DNA of 29,328 nucleotides from the IMG/VR virus record IMGVR_UViG_3300002986_000009, positions 1-29,328 of that record; one strand, given 5' to 3'. The DNA comes from a virus (taxonomy: Duplodnaviria > Caudoviricetes). Of the stretch, positions 21,469 through 29,328 are shown in pieces. A program made the translations under genes and the position numbers. The notes under the pieces were generated by a model. The model worked only from the letters and a program-made list of their open reading frames with translations, did no database searches and was not told the origin of the DNA. Every line of letters begins with the position of its first letter. The first letter of the stretch is position 1.

Positions 21469-22392
21469 GCGTGATTCCTCCTTTGTAGTTTCAGCCGAGG
21501 CTGTCCCGCCCATTGCGGTGTAGTTGCTGTTGTTCTGCTCTGCCGTAGCGCCCTTCGGTTTACATAAGCTCGCCAGAGCCTTGTCGGCAGGGATGATCTC
21601 GTCCGCAAACCCCATTGCTACTGCTGCCTTTGCCTTGAAGATCCCCGCTTCGGTTCCCCGCACGGCATCCTCACTGATGCCTCGGTTACGGGCCACCGTC
21701 TGGACGAAAAGGGCGTAGGTCTCATCCACCATCGACTGACCCGACTGCAGGGCATCGGCGCTGATGGGCTGATGCGACGAAAAATCGGCTTTGCGCGCTC
21801 CGGCGATGATATGTGTGACGGTGATCCCGGAGCTGTTCTCTGCCCGGGAAAAGTCGGCATGGGTCATGATGACACCAATGCTCCCCAGGTTGCCGGTACG
21901 GGGTACACAGATCTTCCCGGCGGCGCTCGCCAGCAGGTAGGCGGCACTGAAGGCATTCTCGTTGACGACGGCGGTGATCGGCTTCAGCCCGCGCGACTCG
22001 TAGATATGGTCAGCTAGATCGAAGCAGCCGCTCACGTCCCCGCCGGGGGAGTCGATCTCCATCTTGATTTCCTGTACGCTGTCATCGGCAAGTGCAGCAT
22101 CGAATGAGGTCCGGATGTCGGAGTAGGATGTCGGACCGCCACTGGGAAACTCGGAAGCAAGCACCCGGTTTAGGAGCGGACCGTAGAGACCGATGCTGGC
22201 AATGCCGTTTTTCACCTGATAACCGGCGCGGGCACGATCCGAGTCGGACATGGCCGCAGTCTGGATGGCTGGCATTCCATCGAGGTTCAGCTCGAGACGG
22301 GGTCCCAGCACATGGAGAATGGTGTTGAGCTTCGCCTCGGAAATCATCAGCGGGCGATTGAAAAGCAGTTCAGCGATACGCATGTTCCTCAT
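21079..22392 (-). CDS. Capsid maturation protease, S49 family (gpC-like), with C-terminal scaffold (437 aa)
   Basis: IDSPGG, AFSAAYLLAS, GSIGV and G.ADEI motifs; follows the portal. Confidence 0.93.
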   Translation of the reverse strand: MRNMRIAELLFNRPLMISEAKLNTILHVLGPRLELNLDGMPAIQTAAMSDSDRARAGYQVKNGIASIGLYGPLLNRVLASEFPSGGPTSYSDIRTSFDAALADDSVQEIKMEIDSPGGDVSGCFDLADHIYESRGLKPITAVVNENAFSAAYLLASAAGKICVPRTGNLGSIGVIMTHADFSRAENSSGITVTHIIAGARKADFSSHQPISADALQSGQSMVDETYALFVQTVARNRGISEDAVRGTEAGIFKAKAAVAMGFADEIIPADKALASLCKPKGATAEQNNSNYTAMGGTASAETTKEESRMTKAELKEKYPALFADVFNEGQQAGIVNGAESERTRIQSVLSIPGPLAAAHKDLITQMAFDGKSTAETAVFRIHTAAEENRITMAAAIKTGAVQAAPDAEAGSASDEEKAISSSVDQMVAGAAAFQSRQ

Positions 22393-24068
22393 GCTGCCTC
22401 CGGGATATCGGGGTTGCCGGGTGGTTCCAGCGTGGTGGCCGAGATGCGCACCGCTTCGGTAACCACCAGCGGCCCGTTGGTGCCGTCGTCTCGACGCATG
22501 CGGTTTTCCTTGGTGCGCTGGTTATGGTTCGCGTACCAGTCGCCGCCGGTCATCTCGGAAGTTTCCTGATCCAGGGTGGTGATCTCCATCTCCACTCGTT
22601 TTTCGGCAGCATTGATTTCCTTGACGGGATCGATCTGCCGTTTTGCGGGGCCGTTCCAGGCAGAACCGAGCCAGGCGGAGCGCATCATGGGGTCGGTAAA
22701 GAAGCCAGGGGCATAGATGGTCCCCTGTGCCACTTCCTGTGCCATCCAGGCGGTGTAGATCGGCATGATGAAGTTGTCGATAAGGTCGGCTCTCATGGTC
22801 ATGAAGTATTGCCAGGCGTCCTCTATTGCGGCACGGGCTGCGGAGTAGGACGCCGTATAGTGCTTGATCAGGACTTCGTAGGGGATCCCGATCGCAATGC
22901 CAATCTGTCGGACGATCGCCAGCCAGAACGGGTCAAAGGCCCCGTTGGGGCGCTTGGGATCGGCCAGCTCAATCGACTCCCCCCGGGCCAGGTCGACTAC
23001 GGCACCCTCGCCGAGCTTCAGATCGGCGGGTTTTGCCTGGGAGTTGAGGTCACCGGCGCCGGCGGTCACCTGCGGGCCTCCCAGCGGGGACATCGAGTTC
23101 AAGGTCTGGCCGTTCTCGGATGTGACGAAAACGGTGAACATGGCGCTGACGACCGAGGCGGCTAGCTCGGCGCGGGTGAGGCGAGAAAGCACCCGCAGCG
23201 GTTCGATGACCGGGGCGATTTCCGGGACTCCGCGAGACTGACCCGGGCGCAGCTGCTTGAAAAAGTGGATGACGTTGCGGATGCCGGTCTGAGCGTTGAA
23301 GGCTGCGTATTCGTCCCACTGCCAACGTGAATTATCGGCGTAAAGGATATTCCCCGGATGCCCGCGCAGGATCTCGTAGGCGATGGGGGCCCCATCTTCA
23401 TCCTTGATGACCCCCTGGACGCGACGCGAAGAGTCGAGGGCTAAACTCTTGTTGCAGACCCGATCGGCCTCAACCATCTGGATCCGGATCGGGTTGGAGC
23501 CTCCAGCTACTGCCTTGTAGGGGAGCAGGGTGAACGCTTCGCCGTTTTCCAGGCGCTGGCGCAGCGCCAGATTGCAGAGAGCATTGAAGTTGGCGGTACG
23601 GGTAAGATCGCAGTCCTTCGAGTTGGCCCAGAGGTTCCAGCGGCGCCGGGTGTTCTTTTGCCACTCTGCCGCCTGATCCTCATCGAGGCCCAGCAGCTCG
23701 CGGTCGATCAGCGGCTGCAGGGCGAGCCCCCTGCCGACCACGTTGGTGCAGCAGGTACCGATGATCCCGGTGGCTATGGGCTGGTTGCGCACGGCATCCC
23801 GGCTGCGGGAGCGCAGTTCGTCGAGGTTATAGGCCGTAGCGCTGTCCGCGTCGGAGGGGAACGGGTTCCAGGTACTGGTCTCGCGTCGGGTATGCGAGCC
23901 AGCATCGTAACCGCCTGCTGACCAGTAACTGGAGGCCAGTTCCTGGCGCATGCGTTCCTGCATCCGGGCCGATCCGGCCTTGGGATTGATGAAGTTGATA
24001 GCTCGGTCTACGAGATTCCCGCGATAACTGGGCTGCTGCGCTTGGGGGCGACCGGCGATTACTTTCAT
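22389..24068 (-). CDS. Portal protein, lambda family (559 aa)
   Basis: LR.RSRD.VRN, RPGQ.RGVP, YSAARAA and IDP.KE motifs. Confidence 0.95.
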   Translation of the reverse strand: MKVIAGRPQAQQPSYRGNLVDRAINFINPKAGSARMQERMRQELASSYWSAGGYDAGSHTRRETSTWNPFPSDADSATAYNLDELRSRSRDAVRNQPIATGIIGTCCTNVVGRGLALQPLIDRELLGLDEDQAAEWQKNTRRRWNLWANSKDCDLTRTANFNALCNLALRQRLENGEAFTLLPYKAVAGGSNPIRIQMVEADRVCNKSLALDSSRRVQGVIKDEDGAPIAYEILRGHPGNILYADNSRWQWDEYAAFNAQTGIRNVIHFFKQLRPGQSRGVPEIAPVIEPLRVLSRLTRAELAASVVSAMFTVFVTSENGQTLNSMSPLGGPQVTAGAGDLNSQAKPADLKLGEGAVVDLARGESIELADPKRPNGAFDPFWLAIVRQIGIAIGIPYEVLIKHYTASYSAARAAIEDAWQYFMTMRADLIDNFIMPIYTAWMAQEVAQGTIYAPGFFTDPMMRSAWLGSAWNGPAKRQIDPVKEINAAEKRVEMEITTLDQETSEMTGGDWYANHNQRTKENRMRRDDGTNGPLVVTEAVRISATTLEPPGNPDIPEAA

Positions 24069-24316
24069 GACAGGAAGGTGACCCCCCGCACGGTGATCCC
24101 GCCGCGGGAGAGCTGACGGACCTTGGCATCCCAGAGCAGGATGTCATCATTAATCGACTTGAGGTCCTCGCGGGTGACTATGCGCTCTACTCCGCCCGTG
24201 GTGTAACGGTAGGTCTTTACTCCCCTGGCTCCGCCCATGAACGCGGAACGAGCCGCGATCGCTTCCACGAGGGCGTTCTGTGCTTCGGCAAGGGTGATCC
24301 CGTTAGCGTCGGGCAT
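24065..24316 (-). CDS. Head completion protein, gpW-like (83 aa)
   Basis: Small ORF overlapping the portal start (ATGA); AGGAG RBS; helix-hairpin-helix sequence pattern. Confidence 0.75.
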   Translation of the reverse strand: MPDANGITLAEAQNALVEAIAARSAFMGGARGVKTYRYTTGGVERIVTREDLKSINDDILLWDAKVRQLSRGGITVRGVTFLS

Positions 24317-24341
24317 TGGTGCTCCTGGGAAGTTGAAAAGC

Positions 24342-24524
24342 GGGAGGAACCCCTAAGGTTCCTCCCTTGGAATGGGCCTCGCCGAGGATCACGGAGACTC
24401 GGGGTCAACAGCCCTGCATATTCAATTTGAGAGGGGAAAATGAAAAAGGCCCCGATAGTGGGCCAATTGTAGGAGGGTTTTTTATCTAGCGTAAGTGGGC
24501 TTTTTCCGGCTTTTTCGACCTTTC
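24342..24524 (-). promoter_or_regulatory. Putative late control region: direct repeats, -10 element, terminator-like hairpins
   Basis: GAAAAAGCC repeats at a 10-bp period (24498-24516), TACAAT (24466-24471), hairpin plus T-tract (24443-24464), perfect 10-bp hairpin (24342-24366). Confidence 0.45.
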
Positions 24525-24570
24525 GCACAAAATATAGTGTATTTGAAATATTTAACAACTAGATATGGAG

Positions 24571-24897
24571 TTATTCGGCCCAGGTTTCAGATGGAATGAC
24601 AATTGATTGCCGGTAGGTTTCCAGAGACTCGGCGGTGATCCGGATGCCAGCCGATGCCTTACCCTTGCCTCCGCGTAGCACGGCATCATCGGCCGCTATG
24701 AGCTTGCCATCCTTGACCAAATCGAGAATAGTGCGCGCCGATTTACCTAAAATATTCCCAGCTTCCTCCGGGGAATAGAGAAGATTGCGCAAAATATGGC
24801 GCTCCCTTACCGCTGATATCTCGGCCAGAGTGATACGGGTTTGCGGCATCGTGTCGTTTTGTGAGGAGTTGTTCTTGGCTACCGGGGACACTTCCAT
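24571..24897 (-). CDS. Excisionase-like (HTH_17-type) DNA-binding protein (108 aa)
   Basis: LLYSPEEAGNILGKSARTILDLVKDGKL...IRITAESLETY winged-HTH pattern; GAGGTG RBS. Confidence 0.75.
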   Translation of the reverse strand: MEVSPVAKNNSSQNDTMPQTRITLAEISAVRERHILRNLLYSPEEAGNILGKSARTILDLVKDGKLIAADDAVLRGGKGKASAGIRITAESLETYRQSIVIPSETWAE

Positions 24898-24930
24898 TTG
24901 TTCACCTCATTTCATGGTTAAGGTTAATTA

Positions 24931-25149
24931 CTAAATTAATTCGATGTGATCCCATTCAATGACACCAGGAATGGTATATACATCTAGCGGAACTGTAAAA
25001 GCTGCAACTAAATTTTGTCCACGTAAACGGTACCCACGAACACTATACTTACGTGCAATACGCTGGCACATCCTTTGAGTAAACTTATACAGTGACAGAT
25101 GGTAGATACCCGCTTTCTTCTCATATTTCATAATCTGTCGGTGCCTCAT
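24931..25149 (-). CDS. Small basic hypothetical protein, AT-rich (72 aa)
   Basis: AAGGAG upstream; fills the gap after terL; visibly lower GC than its neighbours. Confidence 0.5.
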   Translation of the reverse strand: MRHRQIMKYEKKAGIYHLSLYKFTQRMCQRIARKYSVRGYRLRGQNLVAAFTVPLDVYTIPGVIEWDHIELI

Positions 25150-25170
25150 CTTTGGTCATCTCCTTATTTA

Positions 25171-27030
25171 TTACTGTACTCCGGAGCTCCGGACCCTGCG
25201 GCCAGTATTTTGAGCTGCGGCCTGTTCTTGTTGCCGGTCCCTGAACTTTAGCTGCAGAATCTCGGCGGCCGCGAAGGCGTAAGTATTGATATCCCAGAAA
25301 TGGTTAGGCTTGCCCTTTGGGCACTCCCAGTAGCCGTTTGGATCCTGGTATTCAGCGCACATCTGGCGGGCATAGTCGTCGCTACACTCCGAATGTAGAT
25401 GAATAGCACCCGGATCATCGGGATTGGTCCGGAGTTTCCCGTTCAGCTGATCTTTGAAATAGGTGACGTTGACGGTGTAAAGCCGAAGCCCCGAAGGGAA
25501 CGGCTTATTGGTGCCGGGGTAGTAATCGACCGGACCATCCTTGAAATGCCGGTCGGTGGACTTCTTGCGCTGGCCCTTGAGCGGAACGAACTCCGGGTGC
25601 AGATAGCAGAATTCGTAGACCTCGACGGTGCGGCTGTGCTGGGGAACCGGGCCGGTACCGCCTCCGGAGTCGATGAACCCCTTGGCGACCTGGTAGACGT
25701 TGCCGTCAATATCCTTGTAAGTGTCATTGAAGATAGTGAGCAGCTCGCTGAAGGTGCCCACTTCTCCCTCGCGGACCTGCCATGATTCTAAAGCCATGCC
25801 CTCGTTGAACGCCTTTATCTCGTAGTAAAAGCTGTTTTGCTGAGTATCCACCAACATCAGCAGGCAGTAAATGCCTTTGGGCACCAGCCCCCGGGGCCGG
25901 TCGTCCCGCAGGCGCAGGATGAAATCCTCTTTGCGCGAGGCCGTGACCGCCTCGTACTTCTTCGCCCGATAGGAGTTATCCAGCTCGATCTGATCCGACA
26001 GATCCCCATTTCGCGCCTTGAGGATCGCGGCCGCGTACTCGGACAGGGAGATGTCCGGGCAGATAAAGGCATCAATGATGAAACCTACGGAGACCGGACG
26101 ATCTACTGTGGTGCGCGGCACCCAGTCGCCTAGCCGCACGGCACGGTCGCGGTCCATATCATTCCAGAGCACCCCGCATTTCTCTCCGGCGCAGACATAG
26201 CGCGCCGACTTATCGTTGATAGCCTGCTTAGGGTCCACGTTGGGCTGGGTCGAGGAGACCGTGCTCATCAGTTCGATCTGACCCGGCCAGGTAAGACGGT
26301 CCTCGGTCATAGCCTGGTACGTGCCGCAGTAAGGGCAAACTGCCTGAAAATCCCATTGCTCCATGCAGGCGTCGAAGGCCTTGCTGATCAGAGACCCGGC
26401 GCCGGCCGGGGAGGAACACTTAATTTTCTTGGGGCGCCGGAAGGTGGTGGCACGCTTCTCCATCAAATTGAGGGCGTTGGTCTCCTTGCCTGCCAGGTCC
26501 TCGTTCTTGTCTACCTCATCGGCCAGCACGTCGTCGGCCGGGAAGGAGGATATTTCCGAGGGGGAGGAGCCCCAGACTGGGTAGATGACGGTGCCGTCCC
26601 GGAAGGCGATGCGGCCGGCGGTCGTATCGTCCGGATTGGCTGAGAGTTTTTTGGCGACCGGTTCGCACATACGGTAGATCGGGATCAGCCGGTCCTTTGC
26701 GATCTTTTTAGCGAGGTTCTCTTTGGGGAGCATGACATACTTGACGTTGCCGCCGCGGTAGACGATGGCGAACAGGTGCATGTTGATGCAGCCATTGGAC
26801 TTGCCGGACTGGGGGACCCCAACGATGACGATTTCCTGCACCCAGGGCAGGTTATAGGTGTCCATGATCTTGACCAGGTAGGGCGTGATGGAGTTATCCC
26901 AATCGCCCTGGTGCGCGCCGAGGGTCACCTTGCGGTGCTTCGCGGCGAACTGCGAGACGGTGAGCGGCTCCTTCTCCCGCCATATCTCCAATTCCCCCGG
27001 ATACCAGTCATGTGTAAGGGAATCACTCAC
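25171..27030 (-). CDS. terL: Terminase large subunit, lambda gpA family (619 aa)
   Basis: TPYL, Walker A-like QSGKS, DEVD, SSP, CPYC, VDTQ, IDSGG and NHFWD motifs. Confidence 0.95.
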   Translation of the reverse strand: MSDSLTHDWYPGELEIWREKEPLTVSQFAAKHRKVTLGAHQGDWDNSITPYLVKIMDTYNLPWVQEIVIVGVPQSGKSNGCINMHLFAIVYRGGNVKYVMLPKENLAKKIAKDRLIPIYRMCEPVAKKLSANPDDTTAGRIAFRDGTVIYPVWGSSPSEISSFPADDVLADEVDKNEDLAGKETNALNLMEKRATTFRRPKKIKCSSPAGAGSLISKAFDACMEQWDFQAVCPYCGTYQAMTEDRLTWPGQIELMSTVSSTQPNVDPKQAINDKSARYVCAGEKCGVLWNDMDRDRAVRLGDWVPRTTVDRPVSVGFIIDAFICPDISLSEYAAAILKARNGDLSDQIELDNSYRAKKYEAVTASRKEDFILRLRDDRPRGLVPKGIYCLLMLVDTQQNSFYYEIKAFNEGMALESWQVREGEVGTFSELLTIFNDTYKDIDGNVYQVAKGFIDSGGGTGPVPQHSRTVEVYEFCYLHPEFVPLKGQRKKSTDRHFKDGPVDYYPGTNKPFPSGLRLYTVNVTYFKDQLNGKLRTNPDDPGAIHLHSECSDDYARQMCAEYQDPNGYWECPKGKPNHFWDINTYAFAAAEILQLKFRDRQQEQAAAQNTGRRVRSSGVQ

Positions 27031-27749
27031 TCTGTTTCGGCTCCGAACCTGGTTGATTGCGCGTAACGGTTGAGCCAGTTGTCCAGCTTCCTGTCGTACT
27101 CGTCGAGCAGGTCGGGTATAACCGCCTGCATGTTGATGTCCTCCAGGTCAAGACCCTTACCGCGCAGATAATCGGATAGTAGGTCGATCAGCTGGTCGCA
27201 GATGCGGGGACCGAAGTTACCTAGATCTTTTTTAAGAAAAGAGGCGGCGGAGGCGCAGCGCTGCTCGACGTCCGAGCGGAGGATGTAGTTCTTCCTGGTA
27301 ATCTCATTGGCCAGGGAGAGTTTATCCGCCTGCTCCTTCAGATAACGTTTTTTATGGTCGCCGTCTTCCTCCTCCGCGGGGGTAAACGGTTTGCTCGGGT
27401 TTTCCCAGGCCTGTACCGCATAGGCCTCGATCTCGCTTTTCAGGAAGCTGCCGTCTTTCTGCTTACGGGGGAAACCGGTGGATCGGTCGGCATGATTCCG
27501 GACGGTGCGCGCGCTCACTAGGTACCCGGCGCCGGCGATCCAGGCGGCAGCCTGCTCAATATTTTTGAAGCGTTCGCCGGGCCCAGCCTGTGTCTGTCCT
27601 GTCAGCAGGGTATCGAGCGCCTTCTTGGCGGCTGAGTAGGCCCGGATATTGGCCGTATTCGGTTCAGCAGCCATGGTATCCATTGCTGTGACTAGGTTGG
27701 TTTTGAGGGCGGACTTAAGGTCGGCTATGCGCGCGTCGATGTCGGTCAC
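27027..27749 (-). CDS. Probable terminase small subunit (240 aa)
   Basis: Overlaps the terL start. GTG at 27749 overlaps the upstream stop (the track ORF is over-extended). HTH-like segment followed by a coiled coil. Confidence 0.65.
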   Translation of the reverse strand: MTDIDARIADLKSALKTNLVTAMDTMAAEPNTANIRAYSAAKKALDTLLTGQTQAGPGERFKNIEQAAAWIAGAGYLVSARTVRNHADRSTGFPRKQKDGSFLKSEIEAYAVQAWENPSKPFTPAEEEDGDHKKRYLKEQADKLSLANEITRKNYILRSDVEQRCASAASFLKKDLGNFGPRICDQLIDLLSDYLRGKGLDLEDINMQAVIPDLLDEYDRKLDNWLNRYAQSTRFGAETE

Positions 27750-28009
27750 TCGTAGTAACCCCGCTCCAGGTTGTTGCTGATAATGTGCTCGCGGGCTTGC
27801 GCTACGTCGGCGCCACGGCCGGAGAGGATGCGGTGCATAGTTTCGGAGCTCTGTTTTGCGTCCCAGGTCTCGGCGGCGGCGTGCTGCAGGTTTCCGACTA
27901 GGAGGGCGAGTCCGATCTCGATCACCTCGGAGAGGAGGTGCCTCCACTGCTGCCAGGGAGAATTGCAGACGAATTTGGTCGGGGGGAATTGGTACTGCTC
28001 GCTACTCAC
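27746..28009 (-). CDS. Phage protein, possible MazG-like all-alpha fold (87 aa)
   Basis: 4-bp overlaps at both ends; Q..H..SE..E...A.E..D..QS.ET...N..RGYY pattern. Confidence 0.6.
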   Translation of the reverse strand: MSSEQYQFPPTKFVCNSPWQQWRHLLSEVIEIGLALLVGNLQHAAAETWDAKQSSETMHRILSGRGADVAQAREHIISNNLERGYYE

Positions 28010-29169
28010 AGGCTGCCTCCTTGCGCTACTGTTGTCAGTATTTGTCCGGCGGCTTCGGCCGGGGTGAGCCCGAGGCGGGTACCTACGGCAACCAGCCAGC
28101 GGCGTACCTCGTCGGAGACGCGCACGGCAAGGGTATCGGCATCCGCGCAGACCAGGCGGTCGAGAGGGCTGCGGGCGAAACGCTTTTGCATGACGTGGGT
28201 ATAAATTTCGGTGGTGGTTACTTTGGTGTGGCCCAGCAATTCCTGCACCTTCCTAATGTCTTCGCCGTCCTCCAGTAGGTGAGTAGCGCAGCTGTGGCGT
28301 AGCGTATGGGGATGGGCAGCCTTGGTTATGGCGGTGGTGCGGAGAGCCAGCTTGAACACTTCCTGCACTGCCGAAACGTGGAGGTGGCATCGGCCCTGTT
28401 GCCCATCCTTGTCGGTCCAGCGGGAAGGGGCGGGGAAAAGCCACTGCCAGCCGAAATCCGTAGCGTATCTCGGGTATTTTCTGGCGAGCGCGTCGGGGAG
28501 CTCGACGGAGCCCCAGCCTTCGGTGAGGTCGGTGGTGTGGATCCGCTTGACCTCAGCAATATGGGTTTTCAGCGGCTCGATCAGGGACTCGGGCAGGGCG
28601 ATGGAGCGGGAATTGCCGTGTTTGCTGTCGTGCAGGATCAGGTGTCCCGCACCGAAATCGATGTCCTTGATGCGCAGTTCCAGGCAATCAACCTCGATCC
28701 GGAGGGCGCAGCCGTAAATGAGAGAGTAGACTAGCCAGTAGGTGCCCCTGAATTTGGAGAGCAGCTCGGCGACCTCCCCGCGGGAGAGGACAACGGGGAG
28801 GTGTTTGGTACGCTTGGCGCGGACGGCGTTGATTTCGCCGACCTCGATTTTCAGCACAAACTTGTAGAAGAAAATCAAAGCGTTGAAGGCGACATTTTGA
28901 GTACTTGCCGAGACGTGCTTATCTATGGCGAGATAGGTCAGATACAGCTTGATCGCCTCCGCGCCCTGCTCCAGGGCGTGGCGGTGGTGCTTGAAAAGGA
29001 TGAAACCGATGACATAGCCGAGATACGACTTTCTGGTTGACGGTTTGAAGTGGCGCAGGGCGAATTCCTTTTCCAGCGTAGTCAGCCACCCGTTGATGCG
29101 GTCGCTTTTGAGGATTTCAATATCTATGGATGACAGGTGACAACAAGTTGAAGTATCAAAGGTTTTCAT
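28006..29169 (-). CDS. intI: Integron integrase (IntI-family tyrosine recombinase) with a 48-aa C-terminal extension (387 aa)
   Basis: VSASTQN.A.NAL.F.Y, LPVVLS, the integron-specific insertion [15 protein letters not shown]...WQWLFP, catalytic R (LRI), K, HTLRHS, LLGH, IYTHV, SPLD; AGGAGG RBS. Confidence 0.92.
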   Translation of the reverse strand: MKTFDTSTCCHLSSIDIEILKSDRINGWLTTLEKEFALRHFKPSTRKSYLGYVIGFILFKHHRHALEQGAEAIKLYLTYLAIDKHVSASTQNVAFNALIFFYKFVLKIEVGEINAVRAKRTKHLPVVLSRGEVAELLSKFRGTYWLVYSLIYGCALRIEVDCLELRIKDIDFGAGHLILHDSKHGNSRSIALPESLIEPLKTHIAEVKRIHTTDLTEGWGSVELPDALARKYPRYATDFGWQWLFPAPSRWTDKDGQQGRCHLHVSAVQEVFKLALRTTAITKAAHPHTLRHSCATHLLEDGEDIRKVQELLGHTKVTTTEIYTHVMQKRFARSPLDRLVCADADTLAVRVSDEVRRWLVAVGTRLGLTPAEAAGQILTTVAQGGSL

Positions 29170-29215
29170 AGTTTCCTCCTTTCAAGTTTTTGTACTGCTA
29201 TCTTGCCATTCCCAT

Positions 29216-29234
29216 AGATAAGAAGACGTTAAAC
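29216..29234 (+). other. Putative attI simple site
   Basis: AGATAAG-AAGAC-GTTAAAC: degenerate L box, 5-bp spacer, GTTRRRY R box, 46 bp upstream of intI and facing away from it. Confidence 0.55.
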
Positions 29235-29243
29235 TGACTCCGT

Positions 29244-29327
29244 TCACCCATATTTCAGGGGAGGGATCTTCTGATCTTCCTTCGCGTCAAACCATCCCCG
29301 GTACCAGTCAGCATTATTCGGGTCATC
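29244..29327 (-). CDS. 3' end of a small ORF cut by the window edge (...DDPNNADWYRGWFDAKEDQKIPPLKYG*)
   Basis: Open frame read manually; the W..GW motif recalls small Rmf-like phage proteins; stop lies 9 bp from the attI-like core. Confidence 0.45.
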   Translation of the reverse strand, partial: DDPNNADWYRGWFDAKEDQKIPPLKYG

Positions 29328-29328
29328 C

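Noticed and set aside
24404-24410. A further GTCAACA matching the att-arm motif
   Set aside because: A single 7-mer is expected by chance in 29 kb and it is not clustered.
24217-24558. 113-aa minus-strand ORF across the intergenic region
   Set aside because: TTG start without an RBS, overlaps gpW out of frame, and crosses hairpins and promoter-like elements.
28006-29169. This recombinase as the prophage integration enzyme or XerC/D
   Set aside because: It has the integron-specific insertion, no recognisable arm-binding N-terminal domain, and lies far from the visible att end.
29185-29234. Site upstream of intI as a complete attC
   Set aside because: There is an inner TATCT/AGATA repeat but no RYYYAAC outer box to pair with GTTAAAC, so it fits attI better.

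Overview
The window is the late (packaging, head, lysis, tail) half of a lambda-like siphovirus prophage. It starts right after an intact tRNA-Leu(TAA) at 13-99, the probable integration site, and every phage gene I can support is on the minus strand. In transcription order (right to left): a partial small ORF, a putative attI-like site, an integron integrase (IntI family), an 87-aa ORF, terminase small and large subunits, two small ORFs (one HTH), gpW, portal, S49 protease with nested scaffold, decoration protein, gpE-type major capsid, head-tail connectors, holin-amidase-holin, tail tube, tail chaperones with a predicted -1 frameshift, a 2391-aa tape measure, tail tip proteins, a three-gene fibre module and a terminator. 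Most notable: (1) an IntI with all catalytic motifs and a possible C-terminal ribbon-helix-helix, linked to the terminase genes by overlapping stop/start codons and sitting next to an attI-like site, i.e. a candidate phage-borne integron whose array would lie beyond the right edge; (2) a major capsid protein with a signal-peptide-like 43-aa leader; (3) two fibre proteins that share ~24-aa repeats in mirror-image layout, plus a small putative fibre subunit. Family calls come from motif recognition and gene order only; no database search was run.
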